Below, in pieces: positions 1 through 11,310 of a stretch of 64,000 nt of DNA. The notes under the pieces are model-generated. The model did not search any database. It was not told the DNA's origin and was given only the letters and a program-made list of their open reading frames with translations. The position numbers and the translations under genes are program-made. This stretch comes from Candidatus Nanopelagicaceae bacterium (GTDB lineage Bacteria > Actinomycetota > Actinomycetes > Nanopelagicales > Nanopelagicaceae): positions 9,138 to 73,137 of the forward strand of contig CANGLK010000003.1 in NCBI GenBank assembly GCA_947454735.1, in the 5' to 3' direction. Within the stretch, counting starts at the first letter, position 1. Every line of letters starts with the position of its first letter.

Positions 1-44
1 AATCCCAATCCCCTGGGAGTCTTACCGAAAGCGAGCCCCCTCTC

Positions 45-545
45 GTGACAGAGCAAGAACTTCAGATCGGCTATCGCGGCGCTACCGCCTGCTCAGCTGC
101 AGGAATTACTTATCGCCAACTCGATTACTGGGCACGGACAGGTCTCGTCGAACCATCAATTCGAACAGCACATGGTTCAGGTTCGGCTCGTCTCTATGGT
201 TTCCGCGACATCTTGGTTCTCAAGATCGTAAAGCGCCTTCTCGATGCAGGTGTATCGCTACAAAATATTCGTACCGCCGTTGATCATCTTCGCAATCGTG
301 GTGTAACTGAACTTGAACGCATTACCTTGATGAGCGATGGCTCATCAATCTATGAATGCTCAAGTCCGGATCAGATTGTCGACCTTCTTATGGGTGGACA
401 AGGCGTATTTGGTATCGCCGTTGGAAAGGTCTGGCATGAAGTTGAGGGATCACTCTCAACCTTGGCTGGAGAGTTTAATGGCGAAGCTGTTGGTGGCGAA
501 GGTAACGATGAACTCTCGCTCCGTCGTAAGGCGAAAGGCGCTTAA
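45..545 (+). CDS. MerR-family HTH regulator (Rv1830/McdR-like)
   Basis: [33 protein letters not shown] MerR HTH; conserved position upstream of gcvP in actinobacteria. Confidence 0.85.
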   Translation: MTEQELQIGYRGATACSAAGITYRQLDYWARTGLVEPSIRTAHGSGSARLYGFRDILVLKIVKRLLDAGVSLQNIRTAVDHLRNRGVTELERITLMSDGSSIYECSSPDQIVDLLMGGQGVFGIAVGKVWHEVEGSLSTLAGEFNGEAVGGEGNDELSLRRKAKGA

Positions 546-589
546 CTCACAATATATTGCACCCACTTACATTAGTTAAGGGGAGTCTT

Positions 590-3433
590 GTGAGCCGTTC
601 ATTTGAAGATCGTCATATTGGTCCAACCCATAACGACGAGAGCGCGATGCTCGCATCTCTTGGTTATAAAGATCTCTCAACCTTTATCGCTGATGTAGTT
701 CCTTCCAACATCGCCATCTCTGGAGTGATTGAATCTTCAATCGGCGAGGGAAAGAGCGAAGTAGATGTCATCGGTGAACTTCGCGCCATCGCATCTGAAA
801 ATAAAGTTTTCCGTTCACTTATCGGAACTGGATATTACGGAACAATCGTTCCTCCAGTTGTTAAGCGAAATGTATTAGAGAATCCAGCTTGGTATACCGC
901 TTACACACCTTACCAACCTGAAATCTCTCAGGGACGTCTTGAAGCGCTCTTTGCATTTCAAACAATGGTCTGCGAACTTACCGCTCTCGATATCTCAAAT
1001 GCATCGATGTTAGATGAAGGAACCGCAGCAGCAGAGGCGATGACACTTGCGCGACGTGCCTCCAAGCTTGGTGATGATGCAGTATTTCTTATTGAAGAAC
1101 ATGTTCACCCACAGACGAAAGCAGTCGTTCTTACTCGAGCAAAGCCACTTGGAATCAAGGTTGTCGAGATTGATTCAGGCCATATTGCTAGCGATGGTTA
1201 CGATGGAGAGTTCTTCGGAGCGCTCCTTCAATATCCAGATACGACTGGCGAGATTATTGATTACTCCAAGTTTGCGGAATACGCGCATTCTCGCGATGCG
1301 CTCGTTATTTCCGCTACCGATCTCCTTGCTCTCACGTTGATTAAGGCGCCAGGGGAGTGGGGCGCAGATATTGCCGTCGGTACATCGCAACGATTTGGTG
1401 TTCCTATGGGATTTGGTGGGCCACATGCCGGATTCCTCGCAGTACGTAACGGGCTAGAGCGTTCTATGCCGGGACGCCTTGTCGGTCAAAGTATTGATGC
1501 AACTGGCAAGCCTGCTTTCCGACTTGCCCTACAAACTCGTGAACAACATATCCGTCGCGATAAAGCGACATCTAATATTTGTACCGCTCAGGTGCTCCTT
1601 GCAAATATGAGCGCCTTCTATGCGATGTATCACGGTCCTGCAGGACTTCGTGCAATCGCCGAACGAGTCAATGGCTTTGCCTATCGCTTGCAAGCTGCAT
1701 CGAAATCCCGCAACAAAGTCATCTTTGATACGGTCACTGTCGATGTGAAGAACGCATCTGAGATCCATAAGGCAGCTGTTGCAAAGGGAATTAACCTCCG
1801 TCATGTAAGTGCCACCGAAGTTCGTGTCTCATTTGACGAAGAGACAACAGAGGCAACTTTTGCAGATGTTCTAGTTATTTTGGGTCTGTCCGATGCAGCG
1901 GGGGAGCGACTTCCTGATTCTGTTCTTCGCACCACTAAATACTTAACGCATCCTGTCTTTAATACCAATCACTCTGAGACCGGAATGATGCGTTACTTGC
2001 GCAACCTTGCAGATCGAGATCTAGCTCTTGATCGCACAATGATTCCACTTGGTTCATGCACAATGAAACTCAATTCAGTAACAGAGATGGAGGCCGTTAC
2101 ATGGCCTGAATTCTCATCCCTTCATCCTTTTGCACCTGCCGATCAAAGCCAAGGTTCTCGCAAGTTGATCAAGCAACTCTCGGATTGGTTGGTATCAATT
2201 ACTGGTTACGACGCTGTCTCGTTGCAGCCAAATGCTGGTAGCCAAGGTGAATTTGCGGGGCTTCTTGCGATTCGCAATTACCATGATTCACGTGGAGATC
2301 AGGCTCGCAATATCTGTCTCATTCCATCGAGCGCTCATGGCACCAATGCAGCATCAGCGGTAATGGCTGGAATGAAGGTTGTCGTTGTTGAGTGCGATGA
2401 AAATGGAAATGTTTCGGTCGCAGATATCAAGGCGAAGATTGCAGAACACACAGGTTCACTTGCAGCTTTGATGATCACATATCCTTCAACGCACGGTGTA
2501 TTTGAAACTGCAGTATCTGAAATTTGCGAACTCGTTCATAACGCAGGGGGACAGGTCTACGTTGATGGCGCAAACCTCAATGCACTCGTGGGTCTTGCGC
2601 AACCTGGAAAGTTTGGCGCAGATGTATCGCACCTCAATCTCCATAAGACCTTTGCAATTCCACATGGTGGCGGGGGACCTGGCGTAGGACCTGTGATTGC
2701 CCGCGCACATTTAGCGCCATTCTTGCCTAATCATCCACTCGATGAATTAGCCGGTCCTGCAACTGGTCCGGGCCCAATCTCTGCAGCTCCATTTGGTTCT
2801 GCAAGCATCTTGCCAATCTCGTGGGCATATATCCGTCTGCTTGGCGGTCATGGACTCACTCATTCAACGCAAGTTGCAATCTTGTCTGCCAATTACATGG
2901 CAGCTCGCTTGGCAGATTCCTATCCAGTTCTCTACACAGGCGCCAATGGGCGAGTAGCTCATGAGTGCATTTTGGATATCCGTGGAATAACCAAGGATTC
3001 TGGCGTCACTGTCGACGATATGGCGAAGCGCCTGATGGATTACGGCTTCCATGCGCCAACGATGTCATTCCCAGTTGCTGGAACACTGATGATTGAGCCG
3101 ACAGAATCTGAAGATATGGCTGAGATTGAGCGCTTTATCGCTGCGATGATCGCAATCCGTGGAGAGATTCAGGAGATCATTGATGGCAAGGTAGCCGTTG
3201 AGGCCTCAGCGCTCCGCCATGCCCCTCATACAGCCCTCTCTGTAGCCTCTACCGACTGGGATAGGGCTTACCCGCGTGAGAAGGGGGGCTATCCAACGCC
3301 TCTCGATGGCCTTGTCGCCGGAGAAATCATCGGCGCACGAATGAAGTATTGGCCACCGGTCTCACGTATTGATGGCGCTCATGGCGATAGAAACTTGATA
3401 TGCGCCTGCGCTCCAGTATCCGACTTCGCCTAA
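590..3433 (+). CDS. gcvP: Glycine dehydrogenase (glycine cleavage P protein)
   Basis: [40 protein letters not shown]-lysine motif; start moved to GTG 590 after SD AAGGGGAG. Confidence 0.97.
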   Translation: MSRSFEDRHIGPTHNDESAMLASLGYKDLSTFIADVVPSNIAISGVIESSIGEGKSEVDVIGELRAIASENKVFRSLIGTGYYGTIVPPVVKRNVLENPAWYTAYTPYQPEISQGRLEALFAFQTMVCELTALDISNASMLDEGTAAAEAMTLARRASKLGDDAVFLIEEHVHPQTKAVVLTRAKPLGIKVVEIDSGHIASDGYDGEFFGALLQYPDTTGEIIDYSKFAEYAHSRDALVISATDLLALTLIKAPGEWGADIAVGTSQRFGVPMGFGGPHAGFLAVRNGLERSMPGRLVGQSIDATGKPAFRLALQTREQHIRRDKATSNICTAQVLLANMSAFYAMYHGPAGLRAIAERVNGFAYRLQAASKSRNKVIFDTVTVDVKNASEIHKAAVAKGINLRHVSATEVRVSFDEETTEATFADVLVILGLSDAAGERLPDSVLRTTKYLTHPVFNTNHSETGMMRYLRNLADRDLALDRTMIPLGSCTMKLNSVTEMEAVTWPEFSSLHPFAPADQSQGSRKLIKQLSDWLVSITGYDAVSLQPNAGSQGEFAGLLAIRNYHDSRGDQARNICLIPSSAHGTNAASAVMAGMKVVVVECDENGNVSVADIKAKIAEHTGSLAALMITYPSTHGVFETAVSEICELVHNAGGQVYVDGANLNALVGLAQPGKFGADVSHLNLHKTFAIPHGGGGPGVGPVIARAHLAPFLPNHPLDELAGPATGPGPISAAPFGSASILPISWAYIRLLGGHGLTHSTQVAILSANYMAARLADSYPVLYTGANGRVAHECILDIRGITKDSGVTVDDMAKRLMDYGFHAPTMSFPVAGTLMIEPTESEDMAEIERFIAAMIAIRGEIQEIIDGKVAVEASALRHAPHTALSVASTDWDRAYPREKGGYPTPLDGLVAGEIIGARMKYWPPVSRIDGAHGDRNLICACAPVSDFA

Positions 3434-3450
3434 GCGGGGGGTGCGTCAGA

Positions 3451-4203
3451 TTACTCTGACTTTACATAATGTAACTTATCGGCATTAGGTTTCAACGCTC
3501 GAGAGAGGCCCCAGAGCGTGGTCTGCCAGAGAGCTTCTACGACGATTGCCTTACTCATCTTTGAGACTCCATTGACCCGTTCTACAAAGGTAATCGGCAC
3601 TTCGCATTGTGATGCACCGGCGAGATCACTTGCCATCGCCATCTCGATTTGAAAACAATATCCAGTTGCTGTCATCTGGCTCAAATTAAGTTTCTTCAAT
3701 AAAGCTACTGAGTAGATACGAAAGCCGCCTGTTATATCGTGCAATGGAATCCGAAGGGCAATTCGTGCATATGCAGTTCCTGCCCGAGATAGTAATTGTC
3801 GACTCAGAGGCCAATTAACGACCGAGCCGCCTTTTATCCAACGAGCCCCGAGCGTTATTGAGATATCTGAACTATGTGGTGCATCCATCATTGCAGGAAG
3901 ATCATCGACTCGATGTGAGCCATCAGCATCCATTGTTATTACGTGTGTGTAGTTATTTAACTGTAAAACTTCAGCAAAACCAGCACGATATGCAGCGCCA
4001 AGACCTGCCTTACCAGGACGTCGAAGTACTCGTACCCACGAGAGATTGAGATTATCGACAATATCTGCAGTTCTATCTGGTGAATTATCATCAAGAACTA
4101 AAACATCAAAGTCGCGTGAATTATGTAAAGTCGTGAGGGAGTGCAGTAGTTCGACGATCGCAATTGATTCGTTATATGTCGGAATTAATATTACGGGTTT
4201 CAT
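3451..4203 (-). CDS. ppm1: Polyprenol monophosphomannose synthase (GT2)
   Basis: IPTYNE, DDNSPD, MDADGSH, TGGFR, GYCFQIE, EVPITFVER motifs; start ATG 4203. Confidence 0.85.
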   Translation of the reverse strand: MKPVILIPTYNESIAIVELLHSLTTLHNSRDFDVLVLDDNSPDRTADIVDNLNLSWVRVLRRPGKAGLGAAYRAGFAEVLQLNNYTHVITMDADGSHRVDDLPAMMDAPHSSDISITLGARWIKGGSVVNWPLSRQLLSRAGTAYARIALRIPLHDITGGFRIYSVALLKKLNLSQMTATGYCFQIEMAMASDLAGASQCEVPITFVERVNGVSKMSKAIVVEALWQTTLWGLSRALKPNADKLHYVKSE

Positions 4204-4205
4204 AC

Positions 4206-5108
4206 TCACCATCCCAGAGCCTCAATTAAACGATCAACACTTGCACCTAAACCGTACTCCTCTTTCATCTGATAAATCTGAGAGAGATCGTTCGGCTTCT
4301 TTGGTAGTGCGAGATCCATTGAGGGAAGTGCAACATCGCGGGCACAATGAACGAGCGTTGGGGCAATTTTGAGGTACTCCTCCCCTGCGATGATTTTCCT
4401 AGCAAGTGCAGCAGGTAGCGCTTCATGACCAGCCAATGCAGCAGCTAAAGCCTGATCGGTAGTTGCGAAGTTATTAGCAATGAGAGCCGCGCCTTTTTCG
4501 CCGATTCCCTTTACACCGGGTAGCCCATCGGATGGATCGCCGCGGAACATTGCAAAGAGAGCGTAGCGATCACCCGGTATCGAATATTTATCGGCTACAA
4601 ATGCGGTGTCAACAAGATCATGATTGGTAATCCCCTTTGCAAGATAGACAATCTTGATATCTCTCTTATCATCAACTAATTGAAATAGGTCGCGATCTCC
4701 TGTGACAACACGAATCGGGCCGTTCTCATTAGTCGCAAATGTCGCCATGACATCATCTGCTTCATAATCATCGACGCCGACCATCGGTATTCCAAAGGCA
4801 TCGATGAGATCTAAGAGAACTGGAATCTGTGGCGTGAGTGTTTCAGGCTCTTCCTCTTCTTCGCTACCAACCTCAAGGCGATTCGCCTTGTAATCTGGCC
4901 AGAGATCAACGCGCCATGATGGTCGCCAATCTCCTTCAATACAGGCAACTAAACGATTTGGTGAGTACATCGATACCAACCGAGCCGTCATATCAAGGTA
5001 ACCACGAATAGCGTTGACGGGCATTCCGGATGGCGAAAGCAAAGTGTCGGGCATTCCGTAGTAGGCGCGATACCAGAGAGATGCGCTATCAAGGAGCATC
5101 AATGTCAT
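4206..5108 (-). CDS. Stand-alone 5'-3' exonuclease/flap endonuclease
   Basis: LLDSASLWYRAYY, YKANR, EADD, TGDRD, GDPSDGLPGVKGIGEK (H3TH). Confidence 0.9.
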   Translation of the reverse strand: MTLMLLDSASLWYRAYYGMPDTLLSPSGMPVNAIRGYLDMTARLVSMYSPNRLVACIEGDWRPSWRVDLWPDYKANRLEVGSEEEEEPETLTPQIPVLLDLIDAFGIPMVGVDDYEADDVMATFATNENGPIRVVTGDRDLFQLVDDKRDIKIVYLAKGITNHDLVDTAFVADKYSIPGDRYALFAMFRGDPSDGLPGVKGIGEKGAALIANNFATTDQALAAALAGHEALPAALARKIIAGEEYLKIAPTLVHCARDVALPSMDLALPKKPNDLSQIYQMKEEYGLGASVDRLIEALGW

Positions 5109-7489
5109 AGCTCACCGACCATATACGAGACCACCCCTCTATCAATCTTCTTAATTGCTTCTTTACAAACAGGACGTAACTTATCGGATGCGCCTGAGAT
5201 CTGCGTTAGAAGATCAATGAGTTGTTTAATATTGCGAACAAAGTCTCCAACAGTCATGTCGCTGCCCTTAAGAACACTACTCAACGAATGCCCACTTGCC
5301 CAGCGATAAGAGGCGTAACAGAATCCAAAATCAGGCTCTTTCTGAGTTTGGACCCCGAAATCTTCCTCTACATCTTCAAGTTGCCCCCAGATAGATGCAA
5401 TGGATGCGAGAGCGTTTGCAACATTCTGGTGAGGCATCTTAGGCGCATAATTCTCTGCACCCCGGCTCTCATAAATTACTGAAGAGACAACTGATATCAA
5501 TTCAGGTGCAGATAAATTGTCTAGTACACCATTACGAATTGTCTCAGTGAGAAGCAGATCTGACTCAGCATAAATCTTCGCAAGGATCTTTCCTTGCTCG
5601 AGAGGTTTCTCGCCTTCGATATACCCGAGATGGTTGAGAACATCGCAAATACGATCAAAAGTCTTTGCGATCACATGGGTGCGATTTTCTACACGTTCGC
5701 GAAGTCCGGCAGACTCACGATTGAGTCGCGCCGCTCTCTCGGCATATCGGGCGTGCGTTTCGCGATCATTACATGAGTGACATTCGTGTTGGCGTAACTG
5801 CCGCCTTAACTTGTCGAGTTCGTTCTCCATATGTTGGCGTTGACGATTATCAAATGTTCGACGGTTGTCTCTCTTACTCAATAACCTTTCAGTATCCTTA
5901 ATTTCCATCCGGATATTTGCATACTCTTCGAAGTTCCCGAGGTGACAGACTGCAAGGTCAAGCTGCTCTTTTGCTGCAAGATCATTCTTTCTAATTTGCT
6001 TGATGAGCCCCACTACGGCGCGATCTGCCTGGAACTGTGCAAATGAGGATTCAAGACTTGTACGCGCCCTCTCGCGACCAAAACGGGCAATGAGGTTGAT
6101 TGACATGTTGTATGACGGCGTAAATGAAGATCGAAGCGGATAAGTGCGCGTTGATGCCAGTCCTGCGGCAGTTGCAGAATCCACGGTTGGCGACCAGAGA
6201 ACAACGGCATTTCCCTCGATATCAATGCCTCGGCGACCAGCTCGACCTGTGAGTTGCGTGTACTCCCCCGGAGTAATCGAGACGTGGCCCTCGCCATTCC
6301 ACTTAGTTAGCTTTTCGAGCACAACAGTTCGCGCTGGCATATTGATACCTAGTGCGAGAGTCTCCGTAGCAAAGACAGCCTTCACCAATCCTCGCTTAAA
6401 GAGATCTTCAACGGCAGCCTTAAAGCTTGGTAATAGACCAGCATGGTGAGCAGCGATTCCTCGCTCTAACGCCAACAGCCAATCGCGATAACCAAGCACC
6501 TCTAAATCTTCTTCAGCAATATTTTGGGTGTAGTGCGCCGCAGTGCGCATGATTTCTAGACGCTCTTCAGTATTTGTTAATTTTATTCCGGCGTTAAGAC
6601 ATTGTTTAACCGCCGCATCGCAACCAGCGCGAGAGAAGATAAATGTGATTGCAGGAAGGAGATTCTCTCGCTGTAACTTATCGATGACCTCATCACGGCT
6701 TAAGCGTTCTTCATCATTTCCAAAGCGATCTCGGCGATTTCGAGGTGTCTTTACACGTTTAAGAGCTTGACGTTCGAGGCTAAGAATCTCAGGATTGACT
6801 CTTCCTGGCTCGCTGAAGAGATCGATGAGTCGATTGCCGATAAGAACATGCTGATAGAGGGGAATAGGGCGAACTTCGCTGACGATGACATCGGTCTGTC
6901 CGCGAACTTCACCTAGCCACTCACCAAACTCTTCCGCATTACTAACGGTCGCTGATAGAGAGATCACCTGAACGCTCTCCATAAGGTGGATTAGCACCTC
7001 TTCCCAGACTGCCCCGCGGAACTTATCGGCAAGATAATGCACTTCATCCATCACAACCGCGCCAAGGTTGAGAAGCGTTGAAGAGTTTGCATAGAGCATG
7101 TTGCGCAGAACTTCAGTTGTCATCACCATGACGGGAGCATCTGAATTTATATTTGTATCACCAGTAAGAAGTCCTACGCGGTCTTCGCCAAATCGAGTGA
7201 CAAACTCGTGGTACTTCTGATTCGAAAGAGCCTTGATAGGAGTTGTGTAGAAACACTTCTTGCCTCGAGCGAGTGAGCTAAATGCAGCAAATTCTCCGAC
7301 AACGGTCTTTCCAGCTCCAGTGGGAGCGGCTACAAGTACTCCCCTGCCATCTTCTACCGCATGACAGGCAACGATTTGGAATTCATCGAAACCAAAATCA
7401 AATTGATCGATGAATTCATTCGTTAAAGGATGTGACGATCGTTTCTTCGCAGCTGCATATCGCTGGGCCGGTGTCTCTATAGCTTCCAT
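5105..7489 (-). CDS. helY: Ski2-like DEVH-box helicase HelY
   Basis: APTGAGKT, DEVH, SAT, QLTGRAGRRG; conserved location downstream of tatC; start ATG 7489. Confidence 0.9.
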   Translation of the reverse strand: MEAIETPAQRYAAAKKRSSHPLTNEFIDQFDFGFDEFQIVACHAVEDGRGVLVAAPTGAGKTVVGEFAAFSSLARGKKCFYTTPIKALSNQKYHEFVTRFGEDRVGLLTGDTNINSDAPVMVMTTEVLRNMLYANSSTLLNLGAVVMDEVHYLADKFRGAVWEEVLIHLMESVQVISLSATVSNAEEFGEWLGEVRGQTDVIVSEVRPIPLYQHVLIGNRLIDLFSEPGRVNPEILSLERQALKRVKTPRNRRDRFGNDEERLSRDEVIDKLQRENLLPAITFIFSRAGCDAAVKQCLNAGIKLTNTEERLEIMRTAAHYTQNIAEEDLEVLGYRDWLLALERGIAAHHAGLLPSFKAAVEDLFKRGLVKAVFATETLALGINMPARTVVLEKLTKWNGEGHVSITPGEYTQLTGRAGRRGIDIEGNAVVLWSPTVDSATAAGLASTRTYPLRSSFTPSYNMSINLIARFGRERARTSLESSFAQFQADRAVVGLIKQIRKNDLAAKEQLDLAVCHLGNFEEYANIRMEIKDTERLLSKRDNRRTFDNRQRQHMENELDKLRRQLRQHECHSCNDRETHARYAERAARLNRESAGLRERVENRTHVIAKTFDRICDVLNHLGYIEGEKPLEQGKILAKIYAESDLLLTETIRNGVLDNLSAPELISVVSSVIYESRGAENYAPKMPHQNVANALASIASIWGQLEDVEEDFGVQTQKEPDFGFCYASYRWASGHSLSSVLKGSDMTVGDFVRNIKQLIDLLTQISGASDKLRPVCKEAIKKIDRGVVSYMVGEL

Positions 7490-8343
7490 GTGAGGCCTGC
7501 ATCCTTTACGCACTCTGCTGAGATTGGAGCAGGACCAATTCGTTCACCATCTGCATACGCGATCGCCTTTGCATTGATGGTTACCTTCTTTGCGCGCATC
7601 GACTTCACCTTTGGGTGGGTGATATGTGCGCCGGAATATACTTTTGGGAATACCTTAATGAACTCAACTTTACTCACTGGTTCGAGAATCACGACATCGA
7701 AGAGTCCATCATGAAGTTGAGCCTGAGGGCAGATATTCATTCCGCCACCATATGACTTGCCGTTTCCTATAGCGACGAGCATTGCTTTAGTCGTAAAGGT
7801 TTTAGCATCGCAGGTAATCTCATATTCAATGGGAGTAAAGCGAGGCAATTCAAGTGCGATTGCGAGGTTATATCTCTGCGGACCCTTGGGCCAAGACAAT
7901 CGATTGGCTCGCTCGTTTACTGCCGAATCAAAGCCGGTCGAAAGGATTGCACCGAACCACTCCGAATCAACGTTTCCAAGATCGATTGGTGATGGCTCTG
8001 TGGAAATAATTCGATTAAGAAGTGGCTCTACATCATCGAGTGACCAACCTAGAGTTCGTACGAAATCATTGCCCGTACCTGCCGGCACAACGACAAAAGG
8101 GATATGGCGGGGCACGCATACCTGTAAGACAAGATGTGCTAAGCCATCTCCCCCAACGGCGATAACGCCTTGATAATTATTGTTTGCCAATTCCGCATTC
8201 AGTAAATGCGAAAGTTCTTCAGCACTTGGTGCGGCCATCGCTTGATATGAAATATCTCGCGACGATAAGAATTGAGTGACATGGGCTCCAACGGATGCAC
8301 CTCGACCGTTTCCCGAGTGAGGATTGATTGCAATTAGCCACAT
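7477..8343 (-). CDS. Diacylglycerol/lipid kinase (YegS/Rv2252/BmrU family)
   Basis: NPHSG, VGGDG, PAGTGNDF, GNGKSYGGG, ADGE motifs. Confidence 0.9.
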   Translation of the reverse strand: MWLIAINPHSGNGRGASVGAHVTQFLSSRDISYQAMAAPSAEELSHLLNAELANNNYQGVIAVGGDGLAHLVLQVCVPRHIPFVVVPAGTGNDFVRTLGWSLDDVEPLLNRIISTEPSPIDLGNVDSEWFGAILSTGFDSAVNERANRLSWPKGPQRYNLAIALELPRFTPIEYEITCDAKTFTTKAMLVAIGNGKSYGGGMNICPQAQLHDGLFDVVILEPVSKVEFIKVFPKVYSGAHITHPKVKSMRAKKVTINAKAIAYADGERIGPAPISAECVKDAGLTWKL

Positions 8344-8354
8344 GAGAAGTACTC

Positions 8355-9197
8355 TTATGAATCGGTGTGATCGATAGGTGTAGCGGTTTCAATGGGTGCG
8401 GCAGGAAGTATCTCTCCTTCGCCACCCTCACTCTCCTTGAACTTTCTTCCACGGCGACGATCATTCAGTAGAGCGATACCGCCAGCCATAAAGTAGAGAG
8501 TGATCAGAGGTACTGCTAGAAGAAGCATTGAGAGCGGGTCTGCGCTTGGAGTAAAACCCGCGATAAAGAGGGTGATCCCAAAGACCCAGATTCTCCATGG
8601 CTTAAGAATTGCCTTGCCGCTCAAGAATCCAATGAAGTTAAAGGTAACGAGAAATACAGGAAGCTCGAAAGCGATTCCAAAGAGAAGGATGATGCGCAGA
8701 ACAAAATCGAGATAATCATCGAACTTGACCAGGTTTGATAGTGCATTTGGGGTAAAACCGAAGAGAACTCGAATAGCCACGGGAAGAACTTTGTAACCAA
8801 GTGTTGCGCCCGCTGCAAAGAATGGAGTAGCTGCTGCAAAGAACGCGATAGAACTTCGCTTCTCTTTGCGGTGTAGGGCTGGAGCGATAAAGGCCCAGAG
8901 TTGATAGAGCCAGATTGGTGCCATAACTATTACACCGGTAAGGAGAGCGACTTTAATTTGGAGATTGAGCGGACCGAGAACGCCATTGATATAGAGAGAT
9001 CCACAATGAGTTGCACCCTGTGCTTGTGCCTTTTTGAGGTCGCAGACAGGCTCAGCTAACTTTGTGATGATTGGGTTATAGAGAACCCAGCCAAAAACGA
9101 ATCCCACCATAATTGCGATGGAAGACTTCACTACACGTCGGCGCAGCTCGCGTAAATGTTCGATAAGCGGCATGCGACCGCCATCGGGGGTCGCCAT
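8355..9197 (-). CDS. tatC: Twin-arginine translocase TatC
   Basis: MPLIEHLRELRRR, YQLWAFIAPAL, FELP, TP..DP.SM; multiple TM segments. Confidence 0.96.
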   Translation of the reverse strand: MATPDGGRMPLIEHLRELRRRVVKSSIAIMVGFVFGWVLYNPIITKLAEPVCDLKKAQAQGATHCGSLYINGVLGPLNLQIKVALLTGVIVMAPIWLYQLWAFIAPALHRKEKRSSIAFFAAATPFFAAGATLGYKVLPVAIRVLFGFTPNALSNLVKFDDYLDFVLRIILLFGIAFELPVFLVTFNFIGFLSGKAILKPWRIWVFGITLFIAGFTPSADPLSMLLLAVPLITLYFMAGGIALLNDRRRGRKFKESEGGEGEILPAAPIETATPIDHTDS

Positions 9198-9203
9198 AAG
9201 AGA

Positions 9204-9398
9204 TTACTTCTCTGAAGAGTCTTCGCTCTTGCCCTTTACTTCAGGCTCGTCGCTCTTCATCTCCTTCATCTCTGACTTGAAGATACGCATTGAGCGACCG
9301 AGTGAACGGGCTGAGTCTGGAAGACGCTTCGCGCCAAAGAGGACGGTAACGACGATGAGAAGCAGAAGAATGTGGCTTGGCTCGCGTAGAAATGGCAT
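9204..9398 (-). CDS. tatA: Twin-arginine translocase TatA
   Basis: TM helix plus [23 protein letters not shown]; ATG 9398 follows SD AAGGAG. Confidence 0.95.
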   Translation of the reverse strand: MPFLREPSHILLLLIVVTVLFGAKRLPDSARSLGRSMRIFKSEMKEMKSDEPEVKGKSEDSSEK

Positions 9399-9464
9399 GT
9401 CAGTGGCTCCTTGAAGTGAAGTGGTTCGTTCTTTCAGATGCACACGCTATCGCATGAGCGCCTG

Positions 9465-10376
9465 TTATGGAGCGTAGAGGGCGAGAATATTTTGAAGTCC
9501 GGCGACCACTTCCTTGCGAAGATTGTTGGGCTCATTGAGTCGCACATCAGGGCTATGCGCAATTACCGCCTTTTTCGCCCATTCAGCCGAATAAACCGAT
9601 ATTTCCATCTCTCCATTTGGATGGATTGCTCCACTTCCAAAGAGCTCAGCGATTGCTCGACGGGACCCAGCGACGGTGAGCGATAGCGAGATCTTCTCTT
9701 CATCGGGCTGTGGATTGATGAGATCTGCAGAGTATTGGCTGCCTGTTGATCTCACTGAATGAATTCGATCGAGGCGAAAATTGCGAACAGCGCCTTGCTC
9801 GTGAGAGTGGGCTACCAGATAGGTAAAGCCGTTATCACTCTGAAAATAGAGTGGGTCAACCTTACGGATTGTGATCTCGTCACGGAGCGGCGACAAGTAC
9901 TCAATGTCGAGAGTCTCCCTCGCAGCAATCGCTCTCTCAATCAACACTCGATGGGCGCTCTGTGGATCTTCCTCAACCTCAATCGATGCGCCTATCAGCT
10001 CTCGCATCTCGGAGATGAGTGCGTCAATCTTTTCGAGGAGTGTCACTTCGGTAGCTGATGCGCTCTCGCGAAGAATCTCTAAACCGATAAGTAGCGATGC
10101 AACTTCAAGTGTGGTGAGAGCGCGAGGAATATCAAGGGCATCATGATTATTGATTGTGACGAAACCTGAATCAAAGAAGATTTCAATAAGTTCGTAAGGG
10201 GTATAACCAGGTAGGCCGCACATTGAAAGAGCGGTTAATTCATTCGCCATCGCTTTCTCATCGATACCGAATTCACGAGCCAACTCTTTGAGAGAGATAT
10301 GTGAGTGAGTAGAGAGGAATGGAACGAGGTCAAGTAGGCGCGAGACCTCTTGGATAGGAGCGCTCTGCTTAGCCAT
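9465..10376 (-). CDS. pafC: WYL-domain transcription activator PafC
   Basis: N-terminal HTH with MCGLPGYTPYELI, WYL-type FTYL...RNFRLDRI; sits between pafB and tatA. Confidence 0.9.
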   Translation of the reverse strand: MAKQSAPIQEVSRLLDLVPFLSTHSHISLKELAREFGIDEKAMANELTALSMCGLPGYTPYELIEIFFDSGFVTINNHDALDIPRALTTLEVASLLIGLEILRESASATEVTLLEKIDALISEMRELIGASIEVEEDPQSAHRVLIERAIAARETLDIEYLSPLRDEITIRKVDPLYFQSDNGFTYLVAHSHEQGAVRNFRLDRIHSVRSTGSQYSADLINPQPDEEKISLSLTVAGSRRAIAELFGSGAIHPNGEMEISVYSAEWAKKAVIAHSPDVRLNEPNNLRKEVVAGLQNILALYAP

Positions 10377-11310
10377 GATGAGCCACCGCGGTCTTTAGGA
10401 TAGAGACAATCTTCTCTTTGAGATGAACCGGATCGAGAATATATGCATTCTCCCCCGCCCAAAGAACTTCTCGAATCAGGAGCGATTCGTTGCGATATGG
10501 GATATCAAGGCAATCCCACTCGATATCTAGTTCTGTAGTGAAGGCTTCAGCGCGAAGCGTTGGCGCTTTCCCCTTTCGGACGGCGACTTTTGCGATGAGT
10601 AAGTCATCGCCATCGAGTGCTTCAAGATTATCGAGCGCAGTGAGCTCAACCTCAAATGAATTGGCGCTCCCTTTTATAGATACAGTCGAATGGAAGCGAT
10701 CTAATCTAAATGTGCGAAGTCCTTGCTTATCTGTATCAAAACCAATGAGATACCAATATCCACGGGAATTTGATAAGCGGTAAGGTTCGACGTTTCGCAA
10801 TTTGCTTGCGAGTTCTTCGTCGAGATATTCAAATGAGACGCGACGTCGATCAGAGATAGCTTCAATCAATTCCGGAAGTTGCTCGGGTGCATGCTGAGTT
10901 CCCGAGGTGAGCTCGACTAGGGAATCGATATCTGATTCGATTCCCAGTGACTTCAGCTTACGAAGTCCTGATTGAGCAGAATCGCCGAGGGCGGCCTCTC
11001 GCCACATCTTTCCCGCTTGAGAGAGAAGTGCGATCGAGAGTGGATCTAAACTCTTAAGTTGAAGCGCATAACTCTCTGGCTTGATGCGGTAGCCGGCTTC
11101 ATCTTCGAAGAGAGGATCGAATGTTCCAAGTTCAATGGTGATTCCAAGAGATCGAAGATCATCTTTATCTCTCTCAAACATTCGATCTTTCGCCTCAGCG
11201 TCGCCTGAGTAACCGGCAACGTTCTTGAAGATCTCAGCTTTTGTGAGGTAACGCTTTGTAGCAAGGAGGGCGATTGTTAAATTAACAAGTCGCTCACTCT
11301 TCCGAGACAC
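10369..11310 (-). CDS. pafB: WYL-domain transcription activator PafB
   Basis: SRKSERLVNLTIALL, RMFERDKDDLRSLGI, WYLIGFD, RTFRLDR; start GTG 11310. Confidence 0.92.
   Translation of the reverse strand: MSRKSERLVNLTIALLATKRYLTKAEIFKNVAGYSGDAEAKDRMFERDKDDLRSLGITIELGTFDPLFEDEAGYRIKPESYALQLKSLDPLSIALLSQAGKMWREAALGDSAQSGLRKLKSLGIESDIDSLVELTSGTQHAPEQLPELIEAISDRRRVSFEYLDEELASKLRNVEPYRLSNSRGYWYLIGFDTDKQGLRTFRLDRFHSTVSIKGSANSFEVELTALDNLEALDGDDLLIAKVAVRKGKAPTLRAEAFTTELDIEWDCLDIPYRNESLLIREVLWAGENAYILDPVHLKEKIVSILKTAVAHHG

Noticed and set aside
9465-11310. Tandem WYL proteins as an anti-phage regulator
   Set aside because: Sequence and tatAC synteny identify them as housekeeping PafBC; no defence genes nearby.
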